Notes: generated from the letters alone by a model not told the origin. 64,000 nt of DNA from Candidatus Xenobia bacterium (GCA_045863235.1 BTUM01000023.1:26428-90427); one strand, 5' to 3'. Positions 9,271-19,740 are shown, numbered from the stretch's first letter. A program made the numbers and translations.

Positions 9271-10167
9271 TCAACGGGTGAAAGCCCGGTAAACCCTGCT
9301 GGAGACACCTTTCCAGGTGGCTACGCCTGTCTCGCGGTCGGGAAACTCGCCCAGCAAGACCAGGATATAGTCTCCTCGCGGGGTGGAAACGATGCCTGCA
9401 TCGTGCAGCAGGCCCGTCAACTCGCCAGTCTTGTGGGCCACGCGCGTGCCGGGGGGAAGCCCGGCGGGGATCAGCTCGTTTTTCGTCTGCTGCTCGAGCA
9501 CCGCCCGCATGGCCTGGCTACCGGGCAACTTGTTGTCGGAGATCAGGGCGAGCAGCCGGACCATGTCCCGGGTGGAGGTGAGGTTGTCGCGCCCCTCGTC
9601 AATGGCAGAGAAGTCGAAGATGGTGCGCTGGACGGTCGTGTCCTCCAGGCCAAGCTCTTGCATGGCCCGCTGGATCGAATCCATTCCCAGCCGTTCCAGA
9701 AGCATGTCGGTTGCCACGTTGTCGCTCTTGACGATCATCAGTCGCCCCAGGTCGGCCAGCTTCCAGCGCGTGCCGGCCGGGCCCTGGCCGATCTCCCCCG
9801 AGCCTCCGACTCGAAAGCGCTCCTCGAAAGTCATCTCCTCGTCCAGGGAGAGCTGGCCGGCCTCGGCCCGGCGGTACAGCTCCACCAGAATCGGCAGCTT
9901 CACCAGGCTGGCTGCTTCATAAGGTCGTTGCTCGCCGAGCCAGAGTCCCTTCCCAGAGCCAGGCTGTTGAAATCCCACCGCCACTCCGGGTGAGGGCTGG
10001 CCGATGGCTTTTTTGACTGCGTCGGTTCGGTCCTCGAAACGAGGCGAAGGCTTGACGGAGGCGGTGGGAGAAGGCGAGGGTCTTGGCGCTGGCGCGGGGG
10101 CTGGGGAAGGAGCATTCGAGCAGCCGACCAGGAGAATCGCCCCCCATAACCAGAAAGCCCGACGCAT
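9271..10167 (-). CDS. Class A beta-lactamase-like serine hydrolase, lipoprotein
   Basis: SxxK (ASLVK), SDN and HKTG motifs; lipobox LLVGC and Pro-rich linker. Confidence 0.88.
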   Translation of the reverse strand: MRRAFWLWGAILLVGCSNAPSPAPAPAPRPSPSPTASVKPSPRFEDRTDAVKKAIGQPSPGVAVGFQQPGSGKGLWLGEQRPYEAASLVKLPILVELYRRAEAGQLSLDEEMTFEERFRVGGSGEIGQGPAGTRWKLADLGRLMIVKSDNVATDMLLERLGMDSIQRAMQELGLEDTTVQRTIFDFSAIDEGRDNLTSTRDMVRLLALISDNKLPGSQAMRAVLEQQTKNELIPAGLPPGTRVAHKTGELTGLLHDAGIVSTPRGDYILVLLGEFPDRETGVATWKGVSSRVYRAFTR

Positions 10168-10262
10168 GCGAGCGCACCTGCGACCTGGCCGCCCCCCCTT
10201 CCTTCTGGCCGGGCCTTTGAGTATAATGCTCCCCGTCAAAGTTTAAGACAAAGCAGAGACCC

Positions 10263-11936
10263 ATGTACAGAGAAATACTCATCAGCATCGACGAGCGGGA
10301 GGGCCGTGGCGCCGTCCTGGAAGACGGCTCGGTGGTGGAAATCCTGATCGCCCGGGAAGAGCGGCAGGTCGGCAGCATCTACAAAGCTCGGGTAGCCAAC
10401 GTGCTGCCCGGGATGAACGCCGCGTTCGTTGACATCGGGGTCGAGCGCAACGCCTTCCTGTGCGCCGACGACGCGGTGGCCCACCTGGGCGAAGAGGCCG
10501 ATGAGAGCATGAAGAACATCTCCATCGCCGACGTGCTCAAAGTCAATCAAGAGACGCTGGTGCAGGTGGTCAAGGAGGCGGTGGGCACCAAAGGAGCCCG
10601 GGTGACCACCTACGTCACCCTGCCGGGCCGCTACGTGGTCTTGATCCCGTCGGCCCAGTACGTGGGCATCTCGCGGCGGGTGGAGAGCGATGCCGAGCGA
10701 AACCGCCTGCGGGTGCTGGCCGACAAGCTGCGCCCTGAGGGAATGGGCCTCATCGTGCGCACGGCCGCCTCGGGCCGCACCGAGGAAGAGCTGCAACGCG
10801 ACGTCGACTTCCTGGTCCGCTCCTGGAACAAGGTTCAGGGGGTAGCCCGCCGCCGCAGGGCTCCCGCCCTGGTGCATCAGGAGTTGGCCCTGGTGGACAA
10901 GATCCTGCGCGACGTGTTCACCGCCGACGTGCACCGCTTGATCATCGACAATCCTTCGCACTTTGCCAAAATTCGCGAGAAGCTCGAGCAGACGGCGCCC
11001 AACCTGGTCAACCGGGTGCACCTTTACACCGACACCAGGCCATTGTTCGAGTTCCACTCCGTCGAGAGCGAGATCGACAAAGCCCTGAAGCGCAAGGTCT
11101 GGCTCGATTCGGGCGGTTACCTGATCGTGGAGCGCACCGAGGCCCTCTGGGTCATCGACGTGAACACCGGCAAGTTTACCGGCAAGACCAGCCTGGCCGA
11201 CACCATCTTGAAGACCAATCTCGAGGCCTGTCGCGAGATTTGCCGGCAGCTCCGGTTGCGCGACATGGGGGGCATCATCATCGTCGACTTCATCGACATG
11301 GATGCCCAGCAGGATCGCCGCAAAGTGCTCGAGACCCTCACCGAGGACCTCAAGAAGGATCGCACCCGCACCCACCTCGTGGGCATGACCGAGCTGGGTC
11401 TGGTGCAGCTCACCCGCAAGCGCGAGGGCAAGGATCTCGACTCGGTGATGCGCGAGTCGTGCAGCTACTGCTCGGGCCGGGGGAGGGTGCTCTCGGTGGA
11501 GACGGTGGCCCTGCGGGCTCGCCGCGAGCTGTTGCGCCAGGCCCAGCAGAGTCGCAACGAGGCGATGCTGGTGACGGTTCACCCACGGGTGGGCGTGTCG
11601 CTGGTGGGCTATGACGGCGAGGAGATCGAAGGCCTGGAGCGGGATACCGGCAAATCGGTCTACGTGCGGGTCGATCGCGACTTCCACCTCGAGCACTTCG
11701 AGATTGCCTCGGGCCGCTCCGACGACCTGAAGCAGAAGCTGGTGCCCCTGACTCAGGGCCGCAAGGCGAGGGTCCGGCTGGAAGACAACTTTGGCGTCAA
11801 TCTCCAGAGCGCCCTGGCGGTCATCGAGGGCAACCTGATCGAGGTGGTCAGCGGGGGAGACAAGCTCGGCAAGCAGGTGGAGGTGCGCGTCACGTCCAGC
11901 GGGCGGGCCTTCTATCGGGCTGAAGTGGTCGCCTGA
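10263..11936 (+). CDS. rng: Rne/Rng family ribonuclease with C-terminal TRAM-like extension
   Basis: S1 domain (GSIYKARVANVLPGMNAAFVDIG), IDVNTG, GGIIIVDFIDM, CxxC zinc link. Confidence 0.93.
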   Translation: MYREILISIDEREGRGAVLEDGSVVEILIAREERQVGSIYKARVANVLPGMNAAFVDIGVERNAFLCADDAVAHLGEEADESMKNISIADVLKVNQETLVQVVKEAVGTKGARVTTYVTLPGRYVVLIPSAQYVGISRRVESDAERNRLRVLADKLRPEGMGLIVRTAASGRTEEELQRDVDFLVRSWNKVQGVARRRRAPALVHQELALVDKILRDVFTADVHRLIIDNPSHFAKIREKLEQTAPNLVNRVHLYTDTRPLFEFHSVESEIDKALKRKVWLDSGGYLIVERTEALWVIDVNTGKFTGKTSLADTILKTNLEACREICRQLRLRDMGGIIIVDFIDMDAQQDRRKVLETLTEDLKKDRTRTHLVGMTELGLVQLTRKREGKDLDSVMRESCSYCSGRGRVLSVETVALRARRELLRQAQQSRNEAMLVTVHPRVGVSLVGYDGEEIEGLERDTGKSVYVRVDRDFHLEHFEIASGRSDDLKQKLVPLTQGRKARVRLEDNFGVNLQSALAVIEGNLIEVVSGGDKLGKQVEVRVTSSGRAFYRAEVVA

Positions 11937-12061
11937 CCGGCCAAAAGAGGAGTTCTTTCAAACCGGGAGCGAACTGCTTCTTTTGCGCCTATGCTAGCGG
12001 GAGAAGGTAGAGCAAGCGGAAGGAACGGGGCCTGGTCTGGCCTCGATTCGCCCATCGTTTC

Positions 12062-12970
12062 GTGAAATTGAGATTCTGGGGCGTACGCGGGTCTTGTCCT
12101 GTTGCCCGCCCCCATGTGCGTCTGTTCGGCGGGAATACCGCTTGCGTCCAACTGACTTCGGGCGGTCACCAGTTGATCATCGACGCCGGTACGGGCATTC
12201 GTCGGTTGGGTCAGCAGCTCGTGCAGACCGCCAACGGGGGAAGCAACCATCTCACCTTATTGATCAGCCATCACCACTGGGACCACATTCAGGGTTTTCC
12301 CCACTTCGCTCCGGCCAATGACGAGCGCTTCACCGTCCACCTCTACAGCCTGCGCCGGCCCGATGCAGGCCTGCGTGAGCTCTTGAGCGGCCAGCAAGAG
12401 CTTCCCTTCAGCTCGATCCCCCTCGATTCGCTTCGTTCGCGCCTGGAGTTCTCCGAGCTCGAGGACAACGACCTGCTCGAGGTGGGACCCTTCAAAGTGC
12501 GCAACTACCGCCTCAATCATCCGGGGATCACGTGCGGCTACCGCGTCGAAGCCGATGGCGGGGTGGTCGCCTACATCTCCGACGTGGCCCCCTCGCGCGA
12601 TATGCTTCTGGCCGAGGGCCTGCCTGACCGCCGGGAGAGCTACTGGTTGCGCGAGCTGTATGAGAACCAGCTCAAGCTGGCCAACCAGGCCGACCTTGTC
12701 ATCTACGACACCTTTTTTACGCCTGAATGGTACTACCAGCGCAAGCACTGGGGCCACTCGACCCTGGAGGACGGGGTGGAAGTCTGTCGTTACGCCTCGG
12801 CCCGCCACCTCTTCATGTTTCACCACAACCCCGAGCGCACCGACCAGGAGCTGGCCTGTCTGGTGTTGCGCCACCAGCGCGAGCTGGAAGAAGAGGAATT
12901 CCGTCTCCATGTCGCCCGCGAGGGGGATGTCTATCTGGTGGAGGACGGCGAGGTCAGGCTTTGCGAGTAA
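12062..12970 (+). CDS. MBL-fold metallo-hydrolase (phosphodiesterase-like)
   Basis: FWGVRGS, GGNTAC, DAGTG, SHHHWDHIQG, WGHS. Confidence 0.9.
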   Translation: MKLRFWGVRGSCPVARPHVRLFGGNTACVQLTSGGHQLIIDAGTGIRRLGQQLVQTANGGSNHLTLLISHHHWDHIQGFPHFAPANDERFTVHLYSLRRPDAGLRELLSGQQELPFSSIPLDSLRSRLEFSELEDNDLLEVGPFKVRNYRLNHPGITCGYRVEADGGVVAYISDVAPSRDMLLAEGLPDRRESYWLRELYENQLKLANQADLVIYDTFFTPEWYYQRKHWGHSTLEDGVEVCRYASARHLFMFHHNPERTDQELACLVLRHQRELEEEEFRLHVAREGDVYLVEDGEVRLCE

Positions 12971-13797
12971 CTTTCTGGGGGGTGCGCGGCTCCATCACCA
13001 CCCCCGAGCCCGAATACTCCCGCTACGGGGGCAACACGCCCTGCGTGGCCGTGCTGCTCAGTGACGGCTCGGACATCATTCTGGATGCCGGAATGGGCTT
13101 TCGCTGGATGACCATGGATCTTCTTTCCCAGGGCCCCAAGAGCACTCCGGTCACGCTGCTCCTGACCCATTGTCACTGGGACCACATCCAGGGAATCCCC
13201 TTCTCCCCGCTGATGTACGTGCCCGGCTACCGGGTCTGCATCTACGGCCGAGGCAGCCTGGGCCACAGCTTGCAGGAAAATCTGCTGCACCAGATGGAGC
13301 CTGCCTACTGCCCGGTGCCGAACTTTGTGATCCGCGAGGATGTGGGAGCTCACGTCGAGATCAGCGAGCTGGGCGACGGGGCAGTGCGCATCGGCCCTGC
13401 CCGGGTGATGGCCCGCTCGCTGCCTCGTGGAAGGCGGGACCTGTGCACGGGCTATCGCATCGAGGAGGGAGGGAGAGTGCTGGCCTATCTATCGGATGTG
13501 GAGTATCCGGAGGGTCCGGCCGCCTGCCCGGAGGCGCTGGAGCTCGCTCGCGACGCCGACCTGGTCATTCACGATGCTCAGTATCTTCCTGCCGAGGCCG
13601 AGACGCGCACTGGGTGGGGCCACTCCACTGCGCATGACGCCATGACTCTGGCTCGCCTGAGCGGCGCGCGGAGGGTTGCCCTTTATCACCATGATCCGGC
13701 GCGCACCGACCACGAGCTCGACGTCCTCGTGGCCGGCCTCGAGTCGGCCCAGGTCCAGGTTTTCGCTGCTCGGGAAGGCCTCCAGATTGAGCTCTGA
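12961..13797 (+). CDS. MBL-fold metallo-hydrolase, tandem paralog
   Basis: TTG start overlapping the previous stop; FWGVRGS, THCHWDHIQG, WGHS, HHDP. Confidence 0.88.
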   Translation: MRVTFWGVRGSITTPEPEYSRYGGNTPCVAVLLSDGSDIILDAGMGFRWMTMDLLSQGPKSTPVTLLLTHCHWDHIQGIPFSPLMYVPGYRVCIYGRGSLGHSLQENLLHQMEPAYCPVPNFVIREDVGAHVEISELGDGAVRIGPARVMARSLPRGRRDLCTGYRIEEGGRVLAYLSDVEYPEGPAACPEALELARDADLVIHDAQYLPAEAETRTGWGHSTAHDAMTLARLSGARRVALYHHDPARTDHELDVLVAGLESAQVQVFAAREGLQIEL

Positions 13798-13830
13798 AGG
13801 AGTTTTCTAGACGGTTTCTAACCCTTGGCC

Positions 13831-14304
13831 ATGGTCCGATTGTGGGGAGCGATTATCCTTTGCCTGCTGACAGGTTGCAGCGCTCCCACCGCCCGCCCGA
13901 CCGACGGCCCCGCCGAGGTGCCCCCACCCGATCTGAGTAGCCGCCCATTCGGTCTGGCCCACACCTTCCTCGAGCTGGTCCAGAAGGATCAATTCAAGCA
14001 AGCCTACCCATATTTCTCCGATTCTGCCCGAGTGCGGGTGAGCGAGATCACCTTCGAAACCGAGCTGCGCAGCTTCCGCACGAGCCACAGCCAGGAGTTG
14101 GCCCAGGCCCGGGTCCTCACCGAGGTGATTCGCGGAGAGAAGGCGCGCGTCACGCTGGGCCGCCAGACCGAGGACCCCGACACCGTCTGGACGCTCTTGT
14201 TTGCCCGCAAGGGCGGCAAATGGGTGATCGTATCCGCCGGTGGCGGCCCCTTCGGCCCTCACGAGCTCAGTGAGGAAGAGCGCTCGATCAGCTGGGAGCT
14301 GTAA
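13831..14304 (+). CDS. Hypothetical lipoprotein
   Basis: Lipobox LLTGC; ORF fills the gap between neighbouring genes. Confidence 0.65.
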   Translation: MVRLWGAIILCLLTGCSAPTARPTDGPAEVPPPDLSSRPFGLAHTFLELVQKDQFKQAYPYFSDSARVRVSEITFETELRSFRTSHSQELAQARVLTEVIRGEKARVTLGRQTEDPDTVWTLLFARKGGKWVIVSAGGGPFGPHELSEEERSISWEL

Positions 14305-14719
14305 GGCTCAGGTAGGGGGCCAACCGCTGACGGATCTCATCGGGAACGGGAACTGGCTTGAAATCGCTCCGGGTCACGCAGGCCAGCACGACCTGTCCGT
14401 CAGCCACCAGGTCGTTCTCGCGCAGCCGAAACACCTCGAAGCCCAGCGTCAGTGACTTCTCGCCGAAACGAGCCACGAAGGCTGAGACCTGGATGCGATC
14501 CTCCAGCAGAAGGGGCTTGCGAAAGTTGAAGTGGATCTGCACGCGCGGAAGCCAGATGTCCAGTCGGTCGAAGACTTCCGAGTAGGGAAGGCCGACGGCC
14601 CGAAACATCTCCATCTCAGCGACCTCGATGAAGCGCAGGAACTGCCCGTAATAGATGATGCCGGCTCGATCGGTATCTGACCAGCGGACCTGCTCGGTGA
14701 CCGTGAAACGGCCGCTCAA
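14288..14719 (-). CDS. Acyl-CoA thioesterase (YbgC/FadM hotdog fold)
   Basis: VRWSDTDRAGIIYYGQFLRFIE motif. Confidence 0.9.
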   Translation of the reverse strand: MSGRFTVTEQVRWSDTDRAGIIYYGQFLRFIEVAEMEMFRAVGLPYSEVFDRLDIWLPRVQIHFNFRKPLLLEDRIQVSAFVARFGEKSLTLGFEVFRLRENDLVADGQVVLACVTRSDFKPVPVPDEIRQRLAPYLSLTAPS

Positions 14720-15087
14720 GAGGGGGATTCGACCGTCATGGGAACGGGGGGCTCAAACTCGGTTTTGGGATCGCCTTGCGCCGTGCCTGTCTCGGATTCT
14801 TCGACAGGTTTGGGCTGCTCGGCCGGCTCCACGGGCTCGACCGGCTCGACCGGCTCGACCGGCCTGGTGGGAGGCGTGTTTGCTGGCGCCGGCGCACTCT
14901 CGCGCAGTTGTCTGGTCTGGCTGTGCACCTCGGCGACCAGGGGCTCGGACAGGCTCTGCATGGCTTTGCGGAAGGAGGACATGGCCTCGCCCACGGCCCG
15001 ACCCATCTCGGGCAGGCGCTGGGGACCGAAGATCATCAGCGCCACCACGAACAGAAGGACCATCTCGCCGCTGCCGATGTTAAACAT
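14716..15087 (-). CDS. Twin-arginine translocase TatA/TatB family subunit
   Basis: MFNIGSGEMVLLFVVALMIFGPQRLPEMGR; acidic Pro-rich tail with PVE repeats. Confidence 0.9.
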   Translation of the reverse strand: MFNIGSGEMVLLFVVALMIFGPQRLPEMGRAVGEAMSSFRKAMQSLSEPLVAEVHSQTRQLRESAPAPANTPPTRPVEPVEPVEPVEPAEQPKPVEESETGTAQGDPKTEFEPPVPMTVESPS

Positions 15088-15129
15088 GGTGACCTGAATG
15101 GGTTCCGGTCACAGGGCCAGGATCCTCCC

Positions 15130-15369
15130 TCAAACGCGCCGGCTCAGCTCGTCCAGGGCCCGCTCGGCGCTGAGGCATTGCGAGTAGGCCTGGTCGAGCC
15201 TGGCTCGGGGGAAGGGCATGTCGAACCCCTCGAGCTCGAGGCCGTCAAGTTGTTGCACCGCCCGACGAAGGTCGGCCAGGCACTCTTGCAGCGCGTCCCG
15301 CGAGGATTGCAGTAATAGTTTGAGACTTTTGTCGGACATGGCCCGGGGGCGTTTCTGGAAGGATTTCAT
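15130..15369 (-). CDS. Small coiled-coil hypothetical protein
   Basis: AGGAG RBS before the ATG at 15369; helical composition. Confidence 0.5.
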   Translation of the reverse strand: MKSFQKRPRAMSDKSLKLLLQSSRDALQECLADLRRAVQQLDGLELEGFDMPFPRARLDQAYSQCLSAERALDELSRRV

Positions 15370-15451
15370 CCGCTCCTGTCGTCGCTGAATTGGGCCCTGA
15401 ACCACCCAGGGAAGAGGAACTCTGCTCGGACTGTCGTAAAAACGCCCCCCT

Positions 15452-17089
15452 ATGAGTCAATCCACTGCTACGACGGCCACGGCAAGCCCGGAGGCCGGGG
15501 AAGAACCCACCGTGAAGCCCAGAGTCCTGGTCAGCGACCCGCTCCCCTCCGAGGCCCTCGTCGCCCTGCGGGGCCTGGCCGAGATCGACCAGGTTCAAGG
15601 GTTGACCCCCCAGCAGCTGGCCGACAAGGTCCGTCCCTATCAGGCTCTCATCGTGCGCAGCGCTTCGCGCGTAACTCGCGAGGTGATCGAAGCGGCCGAG
15701 AACCTGCAGGTGATCGGCCGGGCCGGAGTGGGCGTCGACAACATCGATGTGGAAGCCGCCACCCAGCGCGGCATCCTGGTGGTCAACTCGCCCGGAGGGA
15801 ATACCATCTCGGCTGCCGAGCACACGATGGCCCTGTTGCTGGCCGCCGCGCGGATGATTCCCCAGGCTCATGCCTCGTTGACGGCCGGGCAGTGGGACCG
15901 CAAGACCTTCACCGGCCTGGAGCTCTACCAGAAGACGCTGGGAGTGGTCGGGCTGGGCCGCATCGGACGCGAGGTGGCTACCCGGGCGGCCGCGTTCGCC
16001 ATGCGGGTGGTGGCGTTCGATCCCTTCCTGTCGGCCGACTACGCTCGCGACCGGGGCATCGAGGCGCTGCCGCTGGATGAGCTGCTGGCCCTGAGCGACT
16101 ACGTCACCATTCACGTGCCCCTTTCGCAAGAGACGCGCAACTTGCTTTCGGCCGAGCGGCTGGGCAGGATGAAGAAGGGGGCGGTGCTGGTCAACTGCGC
16201 CCGGGGCGGGATCGTGGACGAGGCGGCTCTCTATGAGGCTCTCAAGTCAGGCCAGCTGGCAGCCGCCGGCCTGGACGTCTTCGCCAGCGAGCCCCCCGAG
16301 GGCTCGCCTCTGCTCGGTTTGAAGAACATTGTGGTCACTCCCCACCTGGCTGCCTCCACCCACGAGGCCCAGAATCGCGTGGCCATCGACGTGGCCGAGC
16401 AGATCGCCGAGGTGTTCCGGGGCAATCCGCCTCGCACGGCGGTCAATATCCCCTACCTGCGCCCGGAGGTGATGAGCGCCCTCCGGCCGTTCCTGCAGCT
16501 GGCCGAGCAGATGGGCAAGCTGGCCGCCTCCCTGGCCCAGGGACCGGTCCGCCGGGTGCGGTTGCAGTACCGGGGCGGCCTGGCCGACTCCGAGGTCAAC
16601 TACCTGACCAAAGCTGCCCTGCGGGGGATTCTCTCGGTGTCGCACTGCGAGGTGGTCAACTTTGTCAACGCCATCCTGGTGGCCAACGAGCGCGGGATCG
16701 AGGTGGCGGAGACCACCAGCCGCACCAGCGCCACCTACAGCAACCTGATCGAGCTCGAGGTGGACTCGGAGAAGGGGACCCGGCGCCTGGCCGGGGCCGT
16801 CTTCGACGAGCAGGCGCGGGTGATCGAGCTCGATCACTACGGGATCAGCCTGGTGCCCGAGGGGATCAAGCTGATCACATGGCAAGACGACACTCCCGGA
16901 GTGGTGGGCAAGGTGGGCACTTTGCTCGGCGATGCTGATGTCAACATCGCCGAGATGCAGGTCGGCCGTAGCACCCGACGGGGCCGGGCGGTCATGGTGA
17001 TGGCTCTGGACGAGCGGCCAGAGGACGGGGTCGTGGAGCGCATCCGAGCCCTGCAGGGGATCGAGGATGCCCGTCTGGTCGTGCTCTGA
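15452..17089 (+). CDS. serA: D-3-phosphoglycerate dehydrogenase
   Basis: GRAGVGVDNID, GLGRIG, NCARGG, TPHLAAST, C-terminal ASB and ACT domains. Confidence 0.96.
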   Translation: MSQSTATTATASPEAGEEPTVKPRVLVSDPLPSEALVALRGLAEIDQVQGLTPQQLADKVRPYQALIVRSASRVTREVIEAAENLQVIGRAGVGVDNIDVEAATQRGILVVNSPGGNTISAAEHTMALLLAAARMIPQAHASLTAGQWDRKTFTGLELYQKTLGVVGLGRIGREVATRAAAFAMRVVAFDPFLSADYARDRGIEALPLDELLALSDYVTIHVPLSQETRNLLSAERLGRMKKGAVLVNCARGGIVDEAALYEALKSGQLAAAGLDVFASEPPEGSPLLGLKNIVVTPHLAASTHEAQNRVAIDVAEQIAEVFRGNPPRTAVNIPYLRPEVMSALRPFLQLAEQMGKLAASLAQGPVRRVRLQYRGGLADSEVNYLTKAALRGILSVSHCEVVNFVNAILVANERGIEVAETTSRTSATYSNLIELEVDSEKGTRRLAGAVFDEQARVIELDHYGISLVPEGIKLITWQDDTPGVVGKVGTLLGDADVNIAEMQVGRSTRRGRAVMVMALDERPEDGVVERIRALQGIEDARLVVL

Positions 17090-17158
17090 GCTTTGTCGGG
17101 CAGGAGTTTGGGGGGCAGGAAGAGTATCTGACGTGTTCCCAAGCAAAGAGAGGCGTTT

Positions 17159-17677
17159 ATGGCAGAACTGAAGGCAAAACTTGATTATCAGCGGATCGCT
17201 GAGGCGATCAACGTGATTTTGACGGACATTTACGGCGAGTACGTCGCCATGGGCTCTCCCACCAAGCTCGGGGGCCTGCGTTTCCTGGACGTGGAGAGCT
17301 CCAAGACCTTCGCCTTCGAGAAGACCCGCGCGGTACCCGAGGAGGAGGGCAACTACCTGATCGTGTCTGCGCCGGTCAAGGACGACGCCGAGGTGCTCGA
17401 GGCGACCCTCAAGAAGGGCCCCCACGGCAAGGCGCTCAAGGAGTTTGCCGTCCGCTCGTCGAGCGACGCCGGCAAGGGCGGCAAGAAGTTCGTCGAGGTG
17501 GCGTATTTCTTGCCCACCGGCAGCTGGCTCAGCGACAAGACCGTGGCCGACTATGCCAAGAAGCACAGTCTCATCAACGGCAACGACGTGGTGACCTGGA
17601 TCCTGCGCGATCAGGTGCTTCCTCTCGCGCGCGAGGTCATGGCCAACTTCGTCGCGGTGATTCGTAACGAGAAGTAA
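17159..17677 (+). CDS. Hypothetical protein
   Basis: GAGAGG RBS; strong GC3 codon bias; no family recognised. Confidence 0.75.
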   Translation: MAELKAKLDYQRIAEAINVILTDIYGEYVAMGSPTKLGGLRFLDVESSKTFAFEKTRAVPEEEGNYLIVSAPVKDDAEVLEATLKKGPHGKALKEFAVRSSSDAGKGGKKFVEVAYFLPTGSWLSDKTVADYAKKHSLINGNDVVTWILRDQVLPLAREVMANFVAVIRNEK

Positions 17678-17701
17678 GCTTCCCAGACGGGGCCGGTCGA
17701 G

Positions 17702-18304
17702 TCAGCGCATGATATCGTGCTCGGGAAAGTCCGGGCGGAACCCGGCCGCAAGGTCGGGTCGTTCTTTCTTGACATAATCCCACAAGAGCTTCTGCAGCCG
17801 ACGACGGGCCCGGTTGAGGCGCGAGCGCACCGTGCCCACGGGTGTCTCCAGGATGTCGGCGATCTCCTGGTACGAGAAACCCTCCACATCGCACAAGAGC
17901 AGGGGGGCTCGAAACTCGTCAGGCAGCATGTCGATGGCCGCCTTCACCTCTTCGGTCCAGTTGTGATCGAAGAAGGCCTTCTCGGGGTTGCCCTCCATCT
18001 GCAAGTCGGGGTCGTGCAGCTTGTCGTAGAGGTACCACTCCTCGGTATCGTCGAGTGAGTCCACCTGCTGCTTGGATCGGGCCTGCCAGCGATTGACGTG
18101 CAGGTTGTGCATGATGCGAAAGAGCCAGGCCTTGCAGTTGGTGCCTTCCTGATACTTGTCGAAGAAGCGCACCGCCCGCAGGTAGGTCTCTTGCAGCAGG
18201 TCCTCGGCATCGCGTTCTTGTCCGGTGAGGCGGCGTGCATAGCGAAAGAGCGCATCCATATGCACCAGGGCTTCTTTCTCGAAAGCGGCCGGGGAAACGG
18301 GCAT
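17702..18304 (-). CDS. ECF sigma factor (SigH/RpoE-like)
   Basis: DAEDLLQETYLRA, KAWLFRIM, GFSYQEIADIL..PVGTVRSRLNRAR. Confidence 0.95.
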   Translation of the reverse strand: MPVSPAAFEKEALVHMDALFRYARRLTGQERDAEDLLQETYLRAVRFFDKYQEGTNCKAWLFRIMHNLHVNRWQARSKQQVDSLDDTEEWYLYDKLHDPDLQMEGNPEKAFFDHNWTEEVKAAIDMLPDEFRAPLLLCDVEGFSYQEIADILETPVGTVRSRLNRARRRLQKLLWDYVKKERPDLAAGFRPDFPEHDIMR

Positions 18305-18392
18305 AAATCCGCCGGCAGTTTTCCGATGAGAGGATGAATCCTGCTATCCTGCGACGGCGCGACCAGCTTGCTGACGAAATTCCCGCCGAGCT

Positions 18393-19397
18393 TCAGGTGA
18401 AGAAAGACTGACGCAGCTTCTCCACCAGGTGACGGACGGGCGCGGAGACCTGGGTGGCTTTGATCGGCTCGAAGGCGACCGGCTCGAGCCAGGCCTCCAG
18501 GGTCGCCCGCACCGAGGACGCCAGAGCGCGGGGATCGTAGCCCCCTTCCAGCAACCCGACCAGCCTGCCGCGCGTGCGGCCGCGCCGCGACCAGCGCTCG
18601 AGGCGGGCGGCCATCTGGCGGAATCCCTCGGTACTGACCGCCATTCCCCCGAGCGGGTCGCGCTGGTGGGCGTCATAGCCGGCTGACAGCAAGATCAGGT
18701 CGGGGTCGGTGCGCTCGAGCAAGGGATCGAGCAACTGCTCCATTGCCCACAGATACTCGGCATCCGCGCATCCGGCCGGCAGGGGCAGGTTGTAGATCGA
18801 GCCCTCGCCGGGCCCGTCGCCCCGCTCGGTGGGGTGGCCGGTGCCGGGGTAGAACGGGGACTGGTGGAACGACATGAAGACTGTGCCGGGGTGGCGGTAG
18901 AGGCAGTCTTGCGTGCCATTGCCGTGGTGCACGTCCCAGTCGAAGATGAGCACTCGCTCAACTCCAGCGTGGTGCGCCGCCAGCGCGATGTTGGAGTAGA
19001 GACAAAAGCCCATCGCCCGGTCGGGTGTGGCGTGGTGGCCAGGCGGGCGCAGCAACGCAAAGCCTCGATCGAGCTCCCCCACGGCCACCCGCCGGGCCAA
19101 CTCGATGGCAGAGCCGGCGGCGCGCCGGGCGACCTCGGCCGAGGCGGGTGAGCAGAAAGTGTCCCCGTCCAGCCAGCCGCCGCCCCGAGCCGACACGGCT
19201 TCCAGGCGTTCGACCAGCGAAGGGGTGTGGAGCGCGGTCAGCTCCTCGTCGCTGGCCAGCCGGCTGGCGACCTTCTCGAGCGGGAGGGGAGAAGAGGCCA
19301 GCTCGGCCGCAATGGCCTTCAGTCGCCCGGGATTCTCCACATGGGCGCCCGTGTCGTGACGAAGAAAATCGTCCTCTTGCACCAGGCCGAATCGCAT
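18393..19397 (-). CDS. Histone deacetylase family protein
   Basis: RPPGHHA, GFCLY, DWDVHHGNGTQ, SAGYDAH, LEGGY. Confidence 0.95.
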   Translation of the reverse strand: MRFGLVQEDDFLRHDTGAHVENPGRLKAIAAELASSPLPLEKVASRLASDEELTALHTPSLVERLEAVSARGGGWLDGDTFCSPASAEVARRAAGSAIELARRVAVGELDRGFALLRPPGHHATPDRAMGFCLYSNIALAAHHAGVERVLIFDWDVHHGNGTQDCLYRHPGTVFMSFHQSPFYPGTGHPTERGDGPGEGSIYNLPLPAGCADAEYLWAMEQLLDPLLERTDPDLILLSAGYDAHQRDPLGGMAVSTEGFRQMAARLERWSRRGRTRGRLVGLLEGGYDPRALASSVRATLEAWLEPVAFEPIKATQVSAPVRHLVEKLRQSFFT

Positions 19398-19432
19398 CTC
19401 GGGCCCTTTGCCGGGGGGCTGTCGCTCCCCTC

Positions 19433-19624
19433 TCAGGCGGCGTAGTTGGAGACCAGGCTGACCAGGAAGTCCTCGAAGTGTGGCTGTGCGGGCTCCGCCC
19501 GCACGGATCGGGCCTGCTTGAGCTCGGGACGCACGGCTTCGGGGCGGGTGGGCTCGGTTTTCGGGCCGGCTTCGCCCCGGGAGATCCGCTCGGCCACTTT
19601 GATGAGGAGTCTTTGTTTGATCAT
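19433..19624 (-). CDS. Small hypothetical protein
   Basis: 63-aa ORF directly upstream of and co-oriented with the deacetylase. Confidence 0.4.
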   Translation of the reverse strand: MIKQRLLIKVAERISRGEAGPKTEPTRPEAVRPELKQARSVRAEPAQPHFEDFLVSLVSNYAA

Positions 19625-19740
19625 CGCACTGGGAAGAACCGTGGACGGACCGGGAAAGTTGTTTCGTTTTTGTTACGTGTTTTGGATCACAGCGTTAACA
19701 TGGCAAGCTGGATTAAGGTGGTCGTGGAGGAGATGCAACA

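Noticed and set aside
9271..10167. Bona fide antibiotic-resistance beta-lactamase
   Set aside because: The motifs are shared with non-resistance PBP-A-like serine hydrolases; no mobile context; activity cannot be inferred from sequence.
14826..14862. 9-bp tandem repeats
   Set aside because: They simply encode the PVE low-complexity tail of the Tat subunit.
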